A DNA stretch of 62,924 nucleotides, filler included. It is 5 parts of 5 records of this genome, joined end to end, with 100 filler letters (N's around TTAATTAATTAA, not from the genome) between each part and the next. Parts side by side here need not be neighbours in the genome. Positions count along the whole stretch, not along the records: positions 27,572 to 42,718 come from SRR31156797_1191; 4 more parts are not named here. One strand, written 5' to 3'. The notes beneath the pieces are model-generated. The model made no database searches. It was not told the DNA's origin and was given only the letters and a program-made list of their open reading frames with translations. This document shows positions 30,130 to 39,082 of the stretch, in pieces; positions within the stretch are counted from its first letter, which is position 1; every line of letters starts with the position of its first letter. The position numbers and the translations under genes are program-made.

Positions 30130-30732
30130 ATGAAAATAACAGTTTACAACTCAAAGGGTGGCGTGGGTAAAACAAGAATTTCCATCAATCTTGCCTTAAT
30201 GTTAGACTATGCAATTATCACAAATGATATTAACACGCTCACTCTTGAAAGCATCTTTCCAAAAGAAAATTATATCAAGTTAAAGAAAGATCAGCCTTTA
30301 GATATTCTGCCGGAGGATTATGATATAATTTTTGATTTTGGCGGATTCATTGATACCCGTGTATCGGTTGCTTTAAGGCAATCTGACTGGGTTTTAATCC
30401 CAACATTGCCGGAAAATGAAGACCTACAAGCCACAATAAATATTATTGCCGAAGTCGAAAAAATAAATCCAAATATAATTGTCATAGCGAACAGAACAGA
30501 ACAGAAAGAGGATTATATATTTATCGAAAAAGCAATTAACCAATTTTTTACAACGGACAAAACCACCCCCCGTTACAAGGTGATGGAGGTAAAAAAATCA
30601 AAAGCCATGCCAAATATTACCCATGAGAAGAAATCAATCCGTGCCATGGTGGAAGAGGGTGGGTTGAAACGTTACTCCTACAGCAAGATAGCCGATCAAT
30701 TCGAAGTTCTCGTTAATGAATTAAAAAAATAG
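30130..30732 (+). CDS. parA: Type Ib ParA partition ATPase
   Basis: Deviant Walker A NSKGGVGKT, YDIIFD, 200 aa with no N-terminal HTH. Confidence 0.88.
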   Translation: MKITVYNSKGGVGKTRISINLALMLDYAIITNDINTLTLESIFPKENYIKLKKDQPLDILPEDYDIIFDFGGFIDTRVSVALRQSDWVLIPTLPENEDLQATINIIAEVEKINPNIIVIANRTEQKEDYIFIEKAINQFFTTDKTTPRYKVMEVKKSKAMPNITHEKKSIRAMVEEGGLKRYSYSKIADQFEVLVNELKK

Positions 30733-30741
30733 GATTATATA

Positions 30742-31032
30742 ATGATGAAAGACCTTTCAATGCTTCAACAACCGAAACACACGGGTATTTTAGAGGAAGA
30801 AGAACCAAAAACACCAGAACCCACAAAAAAAAAGAAAAAAACAACCGCTAAAAAAGAACAAGGGAGACCTCCATTACCTATTGAAGAAAAAAGGAACGTC
30901 CTTGTAAAAGTCTATCTAACACGGGCTGAAAGAGACAAGCTAACAGAAAAAATTTCAAATGCTGCGGAGGGCTTTAAAATTTCGGACTCCCAATTCTTGC
31001 GCAAGCTATTATCAGACAATGACCTGATTTAA
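30742..31032 (+). CDS. Small ribbon-helix-helix-type DNA-binding protein (probable centromere-binding partner of ParA)
   Basis: Follows parA. Disordered basic N-terminus, then a VKVYLT beta strand and two helices (…SDSQFLRKLL). Confidence 0.6.
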   Translation: MMKDLSMLQQPKHTGILEEEEPKTPEPTKKKKKTTAKKEQGRPPLPIEEKRNVLVKVYLTRAERDKLTEKISNAAEGFKISDSQFLRKLLSDNDLI

Positions 31033-31057
31033 CGTTATATTAAAGATTAGGCATATC

Positions 31058-31105
31058 AAGTATTATTAATATTTATTTAGTACCATACAAACCTTAATAA
31101 TACTT
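31058..31105. promoter_or_regulatory. 48-bp imperfect palindrome downstream of the par genes
   Basis: AAGTATTATTAA...TTAATAATACTT outer arms, centred on TTTATTTAGT|ACCATACAAA. Confidence 0.6.
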
Positions 31106-31158
31106 CAATAAATATTATTATTTCTTTTTCCTATTGCCATAGCCCCGCTGGAGCAAGC

Positions 31159-31548
31159 CTATAAAGAGAGATCAGAATTTAATTTATTTTGTGCTCGAAC
31201 ATAGGGCTTATACAAACCGCTGTGCATAGCACGATAGAGAATTGCATCTAGGATCAAAAGCTCTCCGTCGTTAAATGTGCGCTGCGTCCAGTCTTTTAGA
31301 GAATCAAACTCTATATTGCTAAAATCATCTTTTATACCTTCCGGGGTTGTTCCACCATCTGCCCCAAATTCCTCAATGGCCTTTTCTACAGCATATTTGA
31401 CCAACTGGCCGCTTTCCCATTCATCGGCAGGAAATAATTGAACGAGTATCTTTAAATCCTCCAAAAGATCAGCGCTATGATCTCTCCAAGTGATTAAAAA
31501 CTCTTCTCCGCTTTCCGCAAATTGTTCAATAAAATTTTTCGGTTCCAT
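31159..31548 (-). CDS. Hypothetical acidic protein (129 aa)
   Basis: ATG with a GAGGA RBS, co-oriented with ardC. Confidence 0.65.
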   Translation of the reverse strand: MEPKNFIEQFAESGEEFLITWRDHSADLLEDLKILVQLFPADEWESGQLVKYAVEKAIEEFGADGGTTPEGIKDDFSNIEFDSLKDWTQRTFNDGELLILDAILYRAMHSGLYKPYVRAQNKLNSDLSL

Positions 31549-31629
31549 GACTATCCTCTTTTACTTAAGTATCCGGCTATTCTTCCGGTTAATATTTGGG
31601 TGCTTGTTCGTAATTATTAAATATCATTT

Positions 31630-31905
31630 TCAAAGGCTGCGGGATATGAAGTTGTCAATTTGCGAAACAGCCTCGTTCATGAGCTGGGCGAATTTGGTTT
31701 GCTTCGGTGGCTGTGATCTCCAATGGAAACCATATATATGAATACTGTCTTCTTCTCCGCTGCCTTCATCAGTGAAGCAGGGGGCTTCTATGGAAGAAAG
31801 CTCCTCCGCTTTTTCGCCAATAGTCCATTTGGCAGAAAAACGCGGCAAACTATCGTGCCGAATAGTCCCGCCTTCATCTGTTTGTTCAATGATCCAGTTT
31901 TGCAT
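31630..31905 (-). CDS. Hypothetical protein (91 aa)
   Basis: AAGGAG RBS, starts about 20 bp after the ardC stop. Confidence 0.7.
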   Translation of the reverse strand: MQNWIIEQTDEGGTIRHDSLPRFSAKWTIGEKAEELSSIEAPCFTDEGSGEEDSIHIYGFHWRSQPPKQTKFAQLMNEAVSQIDNFISRSL

Positions 31906-31925
31906 ATCGCTCCTTTTATACCTTA

Positions 31926-32858
31926 TTATATAGGCTCCGGGTAAACCGCTGTTACTTCCGGCACTATTTCTGGTTCCGGTTCGGGTTGCTGGGCATGTAA
32001 AAAATCGGCTGCCTTTTGAGCATAAGCCGCTGCGCTAAAAATAGCCCGTTTATCATTTTTAAGAACCTTTAGCCAACTTTCGATATAAGCGGCATGGTCT
32101 TCACGGATTTCCGGGACAAGATCAAGATCGGCAGACATGAAAGCACTGCCAAGCTCGGCCACAAGTTCCTCCATGGCATAACCTTCATCACCCCACCTCT
32201 TGCGGCCAAAATCACGATCAAGCCGGGAAGGGTGGCGCGTCCAGTGAACTGTTTCATGCAAACGGGTTTCATAGTAGCTTTCTGGGTCTTTGAAAAATTC
32301 AAAGGGAGGCATCTGGATACGGTCGGCTCCTATCTTATAATAAGCCCGATTGCCACCATGGGAAACTTTTGCGCCGGTATTGTCTAAAAAATTTTCTGCT
32401 TGCTCAATACGCTGAACGGGTTCCAGTGTCGGAGCCTCGGCCAAAGCGTAGTATTTTTCCGGCAAATTTTCGATCTGCTCAACGTTAAAAACTGTGTATC
32501 CTTTCATAAATGGAATATCACGCTCCACGTCCTCCCCTGTTTCTTCATCCTTTTCAGTCTTTTTAAAAGTATTGGCGTAAACCACAAGGCTGCCGCGTTC
32601 ACCCTTCCGAACATGGCCGCCAAGCTCTTTGGCTTGCCTGAAGGTCATCCAGATAGGGGCATTGTATCCTTTATCAACGGCTTCAGACCATAACATGAGA
32701 ACATTAATGCCATTGTAAGGCTCTTCATTATAGCGCAAAGGGCGCGTAATCTTTCCGGCTGCATGTTCGGCGTTCCATGGTTTTAACCATGGCCTCACAC
32801 CTTTTTCAAGGTCAGCCACTATTTTATTGGTTATGCGAGTATATATGTCCTGTTTCAT
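31926..32858 (-). CDS. ardC: ArdC antirestriction / ssDNA-binding protein with zincin-like domain
   Basis: DIYTRITNKIVADLEKGVRPWLKPW, YNGIN, WMTFRQA, YTVFNVEQ, LHETVHWT (HExxH), YAMEELVAE, AAYIESWL. Start at 32858 after AAAGGAG. Confidence 0.93.
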   Translation of the reverse strand: MKQDIYTRITNKIVADLEKGVRPWLKPWNAEHAAGKITRPLRYNEEPYNGINVLMLWSEAVDKGYNAPIWMTFRQAKELGGHVRKGERGSLVVYANTFKKTEKDEETGEDVERDIPFMKGYTVFNVEQIENLPEKYYALAEAPTLEPVQRIEQAENFLDNTGAKVSHGGNRAYYKIGADRIQMPPFEFFKDPESYYETRLHETVHWTRHPSRLDRDFGRKRWGDEGYAMEELVAELGSAFMSADLDLVPEIREDHAAYIESWLKVLKNDKRAIFSAAAYAQKAADFLHAQQPEPEPEIVPEVTAVYPEPI

Positions 32859-32932
32859 CTTTATTGCTCCTTTAAATGGTCTATCAGGGTTGAATGTGTG
32901 CATCAACCCTGATTATCCGCGAGATATTTTCC

Positions 32933-33253
32933 TTAATATTCTTCAGCCAACATAACCGTTAAAACACGAACTGTCCGGGATGGGTCTGCCGGGTTTTCGC
33001 TACCATGCTGCATATCCGGGGCATAATAATCGATCTTCCAGAAAAACCGCTGGCCGCCATAAGTAAAAGCACCAAAATCATGTTCTCCATAAGGATCATT
33101 ATCTTCGGTGAAGATATCGAAAGCACGAACCTTGGCAAAAATAGCGGCCTGCTCAACCGGATCAAGGGCAGCCAGTGACGCGGTGAGCATCACCCGCCCC
33201 CCTTGAAACGTGCGGCGGAATTGGTCATTAAGTTTAGCAATGGTACTTGTCAT
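32933..33253 (-). CDS. DUF3768 family protein
   Basis: IAKLNDQFR...DNDPYGEHDFG...FWKIDYY...RVLTVMLAEEY. Start at 33253 after AAGGA (ORF track over-extends it to 33394). Confidence 0.88.
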   Translation of the reverse strand: MTSTIAKLNDQFRRTFQGGRVMLTASLAALDPVEQAAIFAKVRAFDIFTEDNDPYGEHDFGAFTYGGQRFFWKIDYYAPDMQHGSENPADPSRTVRVLTVMLAEEY

Positions 33254-33329
33254 TGTTTTATTTCCTTCTTTAGTGGTTAAGGGTTGCATATGCAACCTTG
33301 ACCCACTGGCGAAGTGTGGGGGTAGCAAG

Positions 33330-33447
33330 CGCAAGGGCGACAGGCAAAAAGTTTTGATCCGCGAGGAATGACCGCGCCTGGTCGAATAGACCAAGCGGCG
33401 GGCAGGGGAAAAGTTTTTGTTTGGCGGGCAACGCCTTTACCCTTGCG
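33330..33447 (-). promoter_or_regulatory. Nested inverted-repeat leader upstream of DUF3768-ardC (Frpo/ssDNA-promoter-like)
   Basis: CGCAAGGG/CCCTTGCG outer arms, CAAAAAGTTTT/AAAAGTTTTTG middle arms, TGGTC/GACCA inner hairpin. Confidence 0.55.
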
Positions 33448-33459
33448 GGCGCGAGGGGC

Positions 33460-33522
33460 AAAGCCCCTTAGAAAAGCTATGGACAATAGGGAAATAAATT
33501 TCTTGGGGAATTCACCACAAAG
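33460..33522 (+). repeat. Copy A of a 63-bp degenerate direct repeat (copy B at 36892-36954)
   Basis: Ungapped hand alignment gives 52/63 identical, sharing AAAGCCCCTTAGAA and TGGGGAATTCAC.ACAAAG. Confidence 0.8.
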
Positions 33523-33604
33523 ATAACCTTTTTGACAAAAGGCAATAGTGTGCAACTGTTTAAATTTATTCCTTTTTAGATGCATCAAATGTTAACCTTC
33601 TTCT

Positions 33605-33784
33605 ATGAATATCGACACCGAAGAAACATTAGAGAAATATTTGAAATCCGGTAATCCTTCGATTGACCCTGAATATTTGGCGTGGAAAAAACGCGAAATA
33701 CAAGAAGCCCTCGAAGAGGCTAAAGACCGTTCAAAAATGATTCCTGCGCATAAAATTTGGAAAGAATTTGGTCTTGAACATTAA
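33605..33784 (+). CDS. 59-aa antitoxin-like protein (below the ORF-track cutoff)
   Basis: MNIDTEETLEKYLKSGNPSIDPEYLAWKKREIQEALEEAKDRSKMIPAHKIWKEFGLEH. Overlaps a ParE-like start. Confidence 0.5.
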   Translation: MNIDTEETLEKYLKSGNPSIDPEYLAWKKREIQEALEEAKDRSKMIPAHKIWKEFGLEH

Positions 33785-33905
33785 TTTTACCCCACGCGCC
33801 CGCAATCACCTAAAATCTAAGGAATAAGCGGTATTACCAAAGAGCGGGACGACCTTTCCCAAGCACTTTCAGCAATTAAAAAAGGTGACATTCTGGTTGT
33901 TTGTA
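33774..33905 (+). pseudogene. Fused remnants: ParE/RelE toxin N-terminus and a serine-resolvase fragment
   Basis: TTG-NINFTPRARNHLKSKE-stop (33774-33827), then SGITKERDDLSQALSAIKKGDILVV, matching the resolvase SG...R..L...GD.LVV segment but lacking the following LDR. Confidence 0.6.
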
Positions 33906-34142
33906 TCTTCTTCCTCGACTGTACAAGGGAAAAAATGCTAAGTCATATTTCGGCTACCAATTTAATCTGAGACACCCTTTAAAACAAGGTTTCTTCGGAA
34001 TTTCCAGTTCATGAAGCTTATGTACTGCAAAGCTCTAATCACCGGAGAAAACTGTTCTGCGTTATGTCGGTTGCCCATTTACGATCCAAAGTGAAAATTT
34101 TAATAGAGGCCTCTCCCTTCTGTTGCAATTAGGAGTTAATGT

Positions 34143-36809
34143 TTGATGAACAATTTTAATAGAGGTTCAAAGTTCGTTAGAGCTGATCTTCATATACATT
34201 CTTACGGAGCCGATTCCGGTTCGTTTGATGTGAAGGACGACCAAATGACACCTCAGTCAATTGTAGATACTGCACTCTCCTCTAACCTAAAGATAATTAG
34301 TATCACAGACCACAATGAAATTCTAAATAGCAAGGCTGCCATTGATTACGCTCAAGATAAGGACATACTTGTAGTGCCCGGTATCGAGGTTAGCACGACA
34401 CAGGGGCACCTCCTTGTTTATTTTAAATCTTTTCAAAACCTAAGATCATTTCACGGCAAGCTTACTATTTCTGATGATAAAGAGCGTTGCTTACAGGGTA
34501 TTGTTGAGTGCTTAGATTTAGCAGAGCAGTATAATGGCTTTGGGATACTTGCTCATATTGAGTTAGATTCCGGATTTGAAAAAACGGTAGGAAGATTTAA
34601 TTCTCAAATGGATGATTTGTTCTGTCATCCTATATTACTTGCTCTTGAGATAAGTAAAAAAGATAGTTTTGATCTGTATACAGATAACGATACCAATAGT
34701 AACCGATTGTCTTTAGCCAAAGAACGAAGAAAAAGGCTCAAACTTCATGATGAGTTGATTCTGCCTAAAATCATGTCCTCAGATTCACACTCCATTGATA
34801 AGCTTGGAACGAATGCGGAAGGTAATAGGAAGCTAACACGATTCAAGGTTGATGAAATGAGTTTTGATGCTCTCCGTATTTCTTTGTTGTTTTATGAATC
34901 TCGGGTTCGTATTGAAGATGTGATTCCTGAAAAGGTTTCAAAATTTCTTAGTGTACGCATCAAGGGTGGTCTTCTACATAATCAGACTGTTGATTTCAGT
35001 AATAACCTTAGTTGCATAATAGGCGGTAGGGGAACAGGCAAATCAACATTAATGGAAATTATACGTACAGCATCAGGCAATGAATCCTCGCAAACAGTTA
35101 TCGACAGCGATGTATGGCCGGATGATATTAGTTTATTTTATGAAGATGAAACAGGGAAAGAAATAGAATTTCGACGATCAAAGAATGACTATGCGTATAA
35201 TTATACAGACGGACAGGATGGTCTTCAAAGAGTCCCTGTTGAATGCTATGGGCAGAGTGAAACAGCTGACACTATAAAGAATAGCGATGATGACCCGCAA
35301 ATTCTGTTAGAGTTTTTAGATAGTTTTCTGGAAATTGAGCATTTGAAGAAAGAAGATAAAAATATTTGCGAATTACTACTTAATAATCAGAGCGAACTGG
35401 GAAAGTTGCGAATTGAGGTTGGCGCTATTAAAGATACTGAAAGGCAACTAAAGGCGCTTAAGGAGAAAAAAAATAGATTAGAAAAAGACAGAGTGGGCGA
35501 GCTTGTCAAAAATCAAGTTGCTTTGGTTAAGGAAAAGGGGCTTAGAGCAGATCTTATTGAGCAAATTAATAAACTTGTTAAAAACTATCAAGAAGTTCTA
35601 AAAGATACGGCACTATTTAAATATTTTGACACTTTTTCCGATGAAGAAATCATAGTAGGAAAAGATCAGTTCACAGAGGTTAAGAGACTGATTAATGAGT
35701 TTTCAGAAATTGTTTCAAATAAGTCAGACGAGTTGAATGTTGCATTAATGAAAAAAATAACGCTGCTGAGAGAACAACTTGGTCTATGGAAATCTAAAGA
35801 GTCAGAAATACAAAAAAAAATCGATGATAAAAAGGCTGAATTAGAAAAAGCGGGAATTCCTTTTGATATTGGAAAAATTAATCAAATCGCTAATGATTTA
35901 GAATACTATGAGAAGAGCCTTAGAAAGCTTAAGGCGGATAAAGTTAAATTAACAGAAAATGAAAAAATTAGAGCAGATCTGTTGAAGAAGCGGATAGAAG
36001 TAAAAAAACAGAGTTATAAAGCTCGTTATGCTTTTAGTCTTCAAATAAACAAGAACCTAAAAAATTCAGTTGATGGCTTATATGTTTCCGCCAAATATAC
36101 AGAAGGATGTTATTCGCCAGAGTTTGAAAAACTTATAAAACAGATAATGGGGTGGAGAACCTCCCAAGTTAAAAAGTCTGAAATCTTAGCATCAGATATA
36201 TCTCCAATGACCTTTGCCTCAGAAGTGAAACACCGTAGAAAAAAGACTTTCGAAGGGTTTATGGATGAGGAGGGTAAACGCATATTTTCTGATGAGGATA
36301 TAAATCAACTTATTGAGCGGGTGCGTGAGAATTATTTGTATGAGGATTTTGAGGCGCTTTCCTATGAAGATAGACCTCATATAATAATAACGAAAGTTGT
36401 AGAAATTAACAGTCAAAAGAAAAATATATCTAAGTCGATTTCGAAATTGTCGTTAGGGCAACAGCAGTCCATTTTGTTGGCGATACTCATACAATCTAAA
36501 AAAAATATTCCGCTTCTTATAGATCAGCCAGAAGATCATTTGGATAGTGAGTTTATATATAAAACAATCGTTACCAACCTAAAGAAAATCAAAGAAACAA
36601 GGCAGGTGATTATTGTTACCCACAACGCAAACATTGCAGTTCTGGGCGATGCTGAATTGATTATTCCGCTCAGAAGTACAAATGATAAAACATCAATAGT
36701 TAATAAAGGCTCTATTGATAGGGAGTCTATACAGAAGGATTGTTGTGCAATCTTAGAGGGTGGAGAAAGAGCCTTTACGCATCGTCAAAAAATATATTCG
36801 TTACAGTGA
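34143..36809 (+). CDS. PHP phosphoesterase fused to an SMC/ABC-type ATPase (Ppl-like antiphage protein)
   Basis: PHP motifs ADLHIHS, ITDHN, PGIEV, GHLL, SSDSH. Walker A GGRGTGKST, long coiled coil, signature LSLGQ, Walker B LLIDQPE, H-loop IVTH. Confidence 0.85.
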   Translation: MMNNFNRGSKFVRADLHIHSYGADSGSFDVKDDQMTPQSIVDTALSSNLKIISITDHNEILNSKAAIDYAQDKDILVVPGIEVSTTQGHLLVYFKSFQNLRSFHGKLTISDDKERCLQGIVECLDLAEQYNGFGILAHIELDSGFEKTVGRFNSQMDDLFCHPILLALEISKKDSFDLYTDNDTNSNRLSLAKERRKRLKLHDELILPKIMSSDSHSIDKLGTNAEGNRKLTRFKVDEMSFDALRISLLFYESRVRIEDVIPEKVSKFLSVRIKGGLLHNQTVDFSNNLSCIIGGRGTGKSTLMEIIRTASGNESSQTVIDSDVWPDDISLFYEDETGKEIEFRRSKNDYAYNYTDGQDGLQRVPVECYGQSETADTIKNSDDDPQILLEFLDSFLEIEHLKKEDKNICELLLNNQSELGKLRIEVGAIKDTERQLKALKEKKNRLEKDRVGELVKNQVALVKEKGLRADLIEQINKLVKNYQEVLKDTALFKYFDTFSDEEIIVGKDQFTEVKRLINEFSEIVSNKSDELNVALMKKITLLREQLGLWKSKESEIQKKIDDKKAELEKAGIPFDIGKINQIANDLEYYEKSLRKLKADKVKLTENEKIRADLLKKRIEVKKQSYKARYAFSLQINKNLKNSVDGLYVSAKYTEGCYSPEFEKLIKQIMGWRTSQVKKSEILASDISPMTFASEVKHRRKKTFEGFMDEEGKRIFSDEDINQLIERVRENYLYEDFEALSYEDRPHIIITKVVEINSQKKNISKSISKLSLGQQQSILLAILIQSKKNIPLLIDQPEDHLDSEFIYKTIVTNLKKIKETRQVIIVTHNANIAVLGDAELIIPLRSTNDKTSIVNKGSIDRESIQKDCCAILEGGERAFTHRQKIYSLQ

Positions 36810-36848
36810 CGTCTACCTGAATACCCCCAGTTTTTATTTTCCTATTAG

Positions 36849-36891
36849 GGTTAAATCTCTTTGAGATTACATCAAACCCCACCCCTACTTT
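36849..36891 (-). pseudogene. Remnant of a tyrosine-recombinase gene homologous to 42135-42716
   Basis: Encodes GVGFDVISKRFN versus GVGFDVIAKRFN in the intact gene. 32/37 nt identical to 42218-42254. Confidence 0.75.
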
Positions 36892-36954
36892 AAAGCCCCT
36901 TAGAACATTTATGGGCAGTAGGAAAAGAAAAATCGTGGGGAATTCACGACAAAG
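36892..36954 (+). repeat. Copy B of the 63-bp degenerate direct repeat
   Basis: See copy A at 33460-33522. Confidence 0.8.
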
Positions 36955-37008
36955 GAAGCCCCCAAAAGGGAACCATTTTGACACAAGAAACAGAAAAATT
37001 TTTAAATG

Positions 37009-37037
37009 CGGCATACCGTTCGCCGAACGGTATGCCG
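37009..37037. repeat. Perfect 14-bp-arm GC-rich palindrome
   Basis: CGGCATACCGTTCG-C-CGAACGGTATGCCG. Confidence 0.75.
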
Positions 37038-37310
37038 TGAATGCCTTTCACAATGCAATAAAACAGGTGCACAAATGCACACTAATTTGTTACACTCCCG
37101 ACGCGTCCAAAAAGGACAGGGTGGCCGAAATTCAAGTTGAAGTGAATTGCATAGAGAATTAATAAGAAATCTGCCAGGCATTTGATATGAGAGCTATCTA
37201 ACTACTATCCACTGTCTAATGAAAAAATGTACAGACACTCACAAAGATGCATTGTAAAGCAGCTTGTTTTTAGACGAAACGTTTGAATGAAGAAATGACC
37301 GGATAGGAAT

Positions 37311-39071
37311 ATGAGAACTATAGCGACTCAACAACAAAATCAAATAAATAAGTCTGAAAAATTGCCTGAGGGTATAAAAATGAAGACTCTATCCCACCGA
37401 TTTCTTGATCTCGATCCAGACAAGCTAAGAGGGGGCTATTATACATCTGAACCTATTGCTAAATGGCTTACTGAATGGGCTATTCGATCATCAAAGGATC
37501 AAATTATAGAACCAAGTAGCGGTGATGGTGTATTCATTGAGAAAGCCGCTCTTCATTTATTAGCTTTAGGCGCAAATAAAAAAAATATTTTAAGTCAGAT
37601 TCAGGCCGTCGAAATTAACGATATAGAAGCCAAAAAAGTCGCAAATCGCCTTGCTAATATTTTACAATGTCCGGTAAATGGTACAGTTAAGTCAGGAGAT
37701 TTTTTTAGCTATTGGGAGGAGTTGAAAACTCGCAAGTTCGATTGTGTCATTGGTAATCCTCCTTTTATTCGTTATCAAGCTTTTCCTAAAGTCTCTCGTG
37801 ATCTTGCTATGTCGATAATGAAAGAGGTCGGCCTAAAACCAAATAAACTAACGAATATATGGGTTCCCTTTGTTGTGGCTTCAATGCAGTGCCTTCGTCC
37901 TGGTGGACGAATTGCCATGGTTCTTCCCGCCGAATTATTGCAGGTTAATTATGCTTCACAGCTAAGATCATTTTTGGCGGATAGGTTTGAAAAAATTGAT
38001 ATTGTAGCTTGTAATGATCTTATTTTTGAGGGTGCCGAGCAGGAGGTTTTGCTTATTCTTGCAGATGGAGCGCTTGATAAACCAGACGATCATAACGCTT
38101 GCCGTGTTTCGCTCACCTCAATGGAAGACGCAAACTCTATTCTTAAAAGCAAGCCCGAAAGCCTGCTTAAAAAAGCATCACCGAAGAAAGTTTGTCATGA
38201 TAGTGAAAAATGGCTCAAATACTTCCTTTCTGCGCATGAGATTTCTTTTATGCGTGAATTGCGCGAGTCTCCAGCCATTACGTCGCTTCGCACATATGCT
38301 TCTGTTGAGGTCGGCGTTGTAACAGGAAAAAATAAGTTTTTTGTTGTTGATAAAAGCCAAGTAGAAGAGCATGGACTACATGATCACATTCTTCCTTTAG
38401 TCGGGCGATCCGCCCAGCTAAAAGGAGCTGTATTATCCAAAAAAGAATGGAAAAAGCTTTCTGAAAATGATGAGCGTGTTCACCTATTCACTGTTGATCC
38501 TGATTTTAAAAAAGAGTTGTCACAAAAAGTTCAGAATTATATCCGATACGGTGAGGGGCTGAAGTTCCATAAAGGATACAAATGCTCTATTCGGAAGCCT
38601 TGGTATCGTGTGCCATCTCTTTGGGTGCCTGAGGCTTTTTTCTTCCGTCAGATTTATGATTTTCCGCGCGCAGTATTAAACACTGCAAAAGGTACATCTA
38701 CAGATACAATTCACCGTATGAGGTGCAATGTTCCTGCAGAGCCTTTAGTTAGCTCTTTATATACGCATTTAACGGCGGCATCAGCAGAGATAGAAGGGCG
38801 AAGTTACGGCGGAGGAGTATTAGAGCTTGAGCCAAATGAAGCCCGCAGGCTTATGGTTCCTGTCGAATTGGATGGAGCTTTGCCAATAAAGGAATGTGAC
38901 AAACTCATTCGTAAAGGCAAGTTACAAATCATTTTGGATGAGAATGATAAAAGAGTATTAATGGATAAAGTCGGTCTATCTCGCAGTGATTGTGGAATTC
39001 TTCGCAATGTTTGGGAGAAAATGAGAGATAGAAGAATGTCACGAAAAAAATCCAAGCGCAAAAAACAATGA
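37311..39071 (+). CDS. N6-adenine DNA methyltransferase (gamma class), companion of the type IIG enzyme
   Basis: RGGYYT, IEPSSGDGVF (motif I), IGNPPFIRYQ (motif IV), GRSYGGGVLELEP. The start may be the ATG at 37380. Confidence 0.9.
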   Translation: MRTIATQQQNQINKSEKLPEGIKMKTLSHRFLDLDPDKLRGGYYTSEPIAKWLTEWAIRSSKDQIIEPSSGDGVFIEKAALHLLALGANKKNILSQIQAVEINDIEAKKVANRLANILQCPVNGTVKSGDFFSYWEELKTRKFDCVIGNPPFIRYQAFPKVSRDLAMSIMKEVGLKPNKLTNIWVPFVVASMQCLRPGGRIAMVLPAELLQVNYASQLRSFLADRFEKIDIVACNDLIFEGAEQEVLLILADGALDKPDDHNACRVSLTSMEDANSILKSKPESLLKKASPKKVCHDSEKWLKYFLSAHEISFMRELRESPAITSLRTYASVEVGVVTGKNKFFVVDKSQVEEHGLHDHILPLVGRSAQLKGAVLSKKEWKKLSENDERVHLFTVDPDFKKELSQKVQNYIRYGEGLKFHKGYKCSIRKPWYRVPSLWVPEAFFFRQIYDFPRAVLNTAKGTSTDTIHRMRCNVPAEPLVSSLYTHLTAASAEIEGRSYGGGVLELEPNEARRLMVPVELDGALPIKECDKLIRKGKLQIILDENDKRVLMDKVGLSRSDCGILRNVWEKMRDRRMSRKKSKRKKQ

Positions 39072-39082
39072 TGGGGGTTTAA

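Noticed and set aside
33958-33982. TTTAATCTGAGACACCC as an IS5-like terminal repeat
   Set aside because: I found no partner end, target duplication or transposase, so the evidence is too weak.
36775-37162. ORFs of 79 and 83 aa between Ppl and the methyltransferase, and the 103-aa ORF at 33277-33588
   Set aside because: They are translations through the non-coding repeat and recombinase remnant. Their mutual similarity just reflects the DNA repeat.
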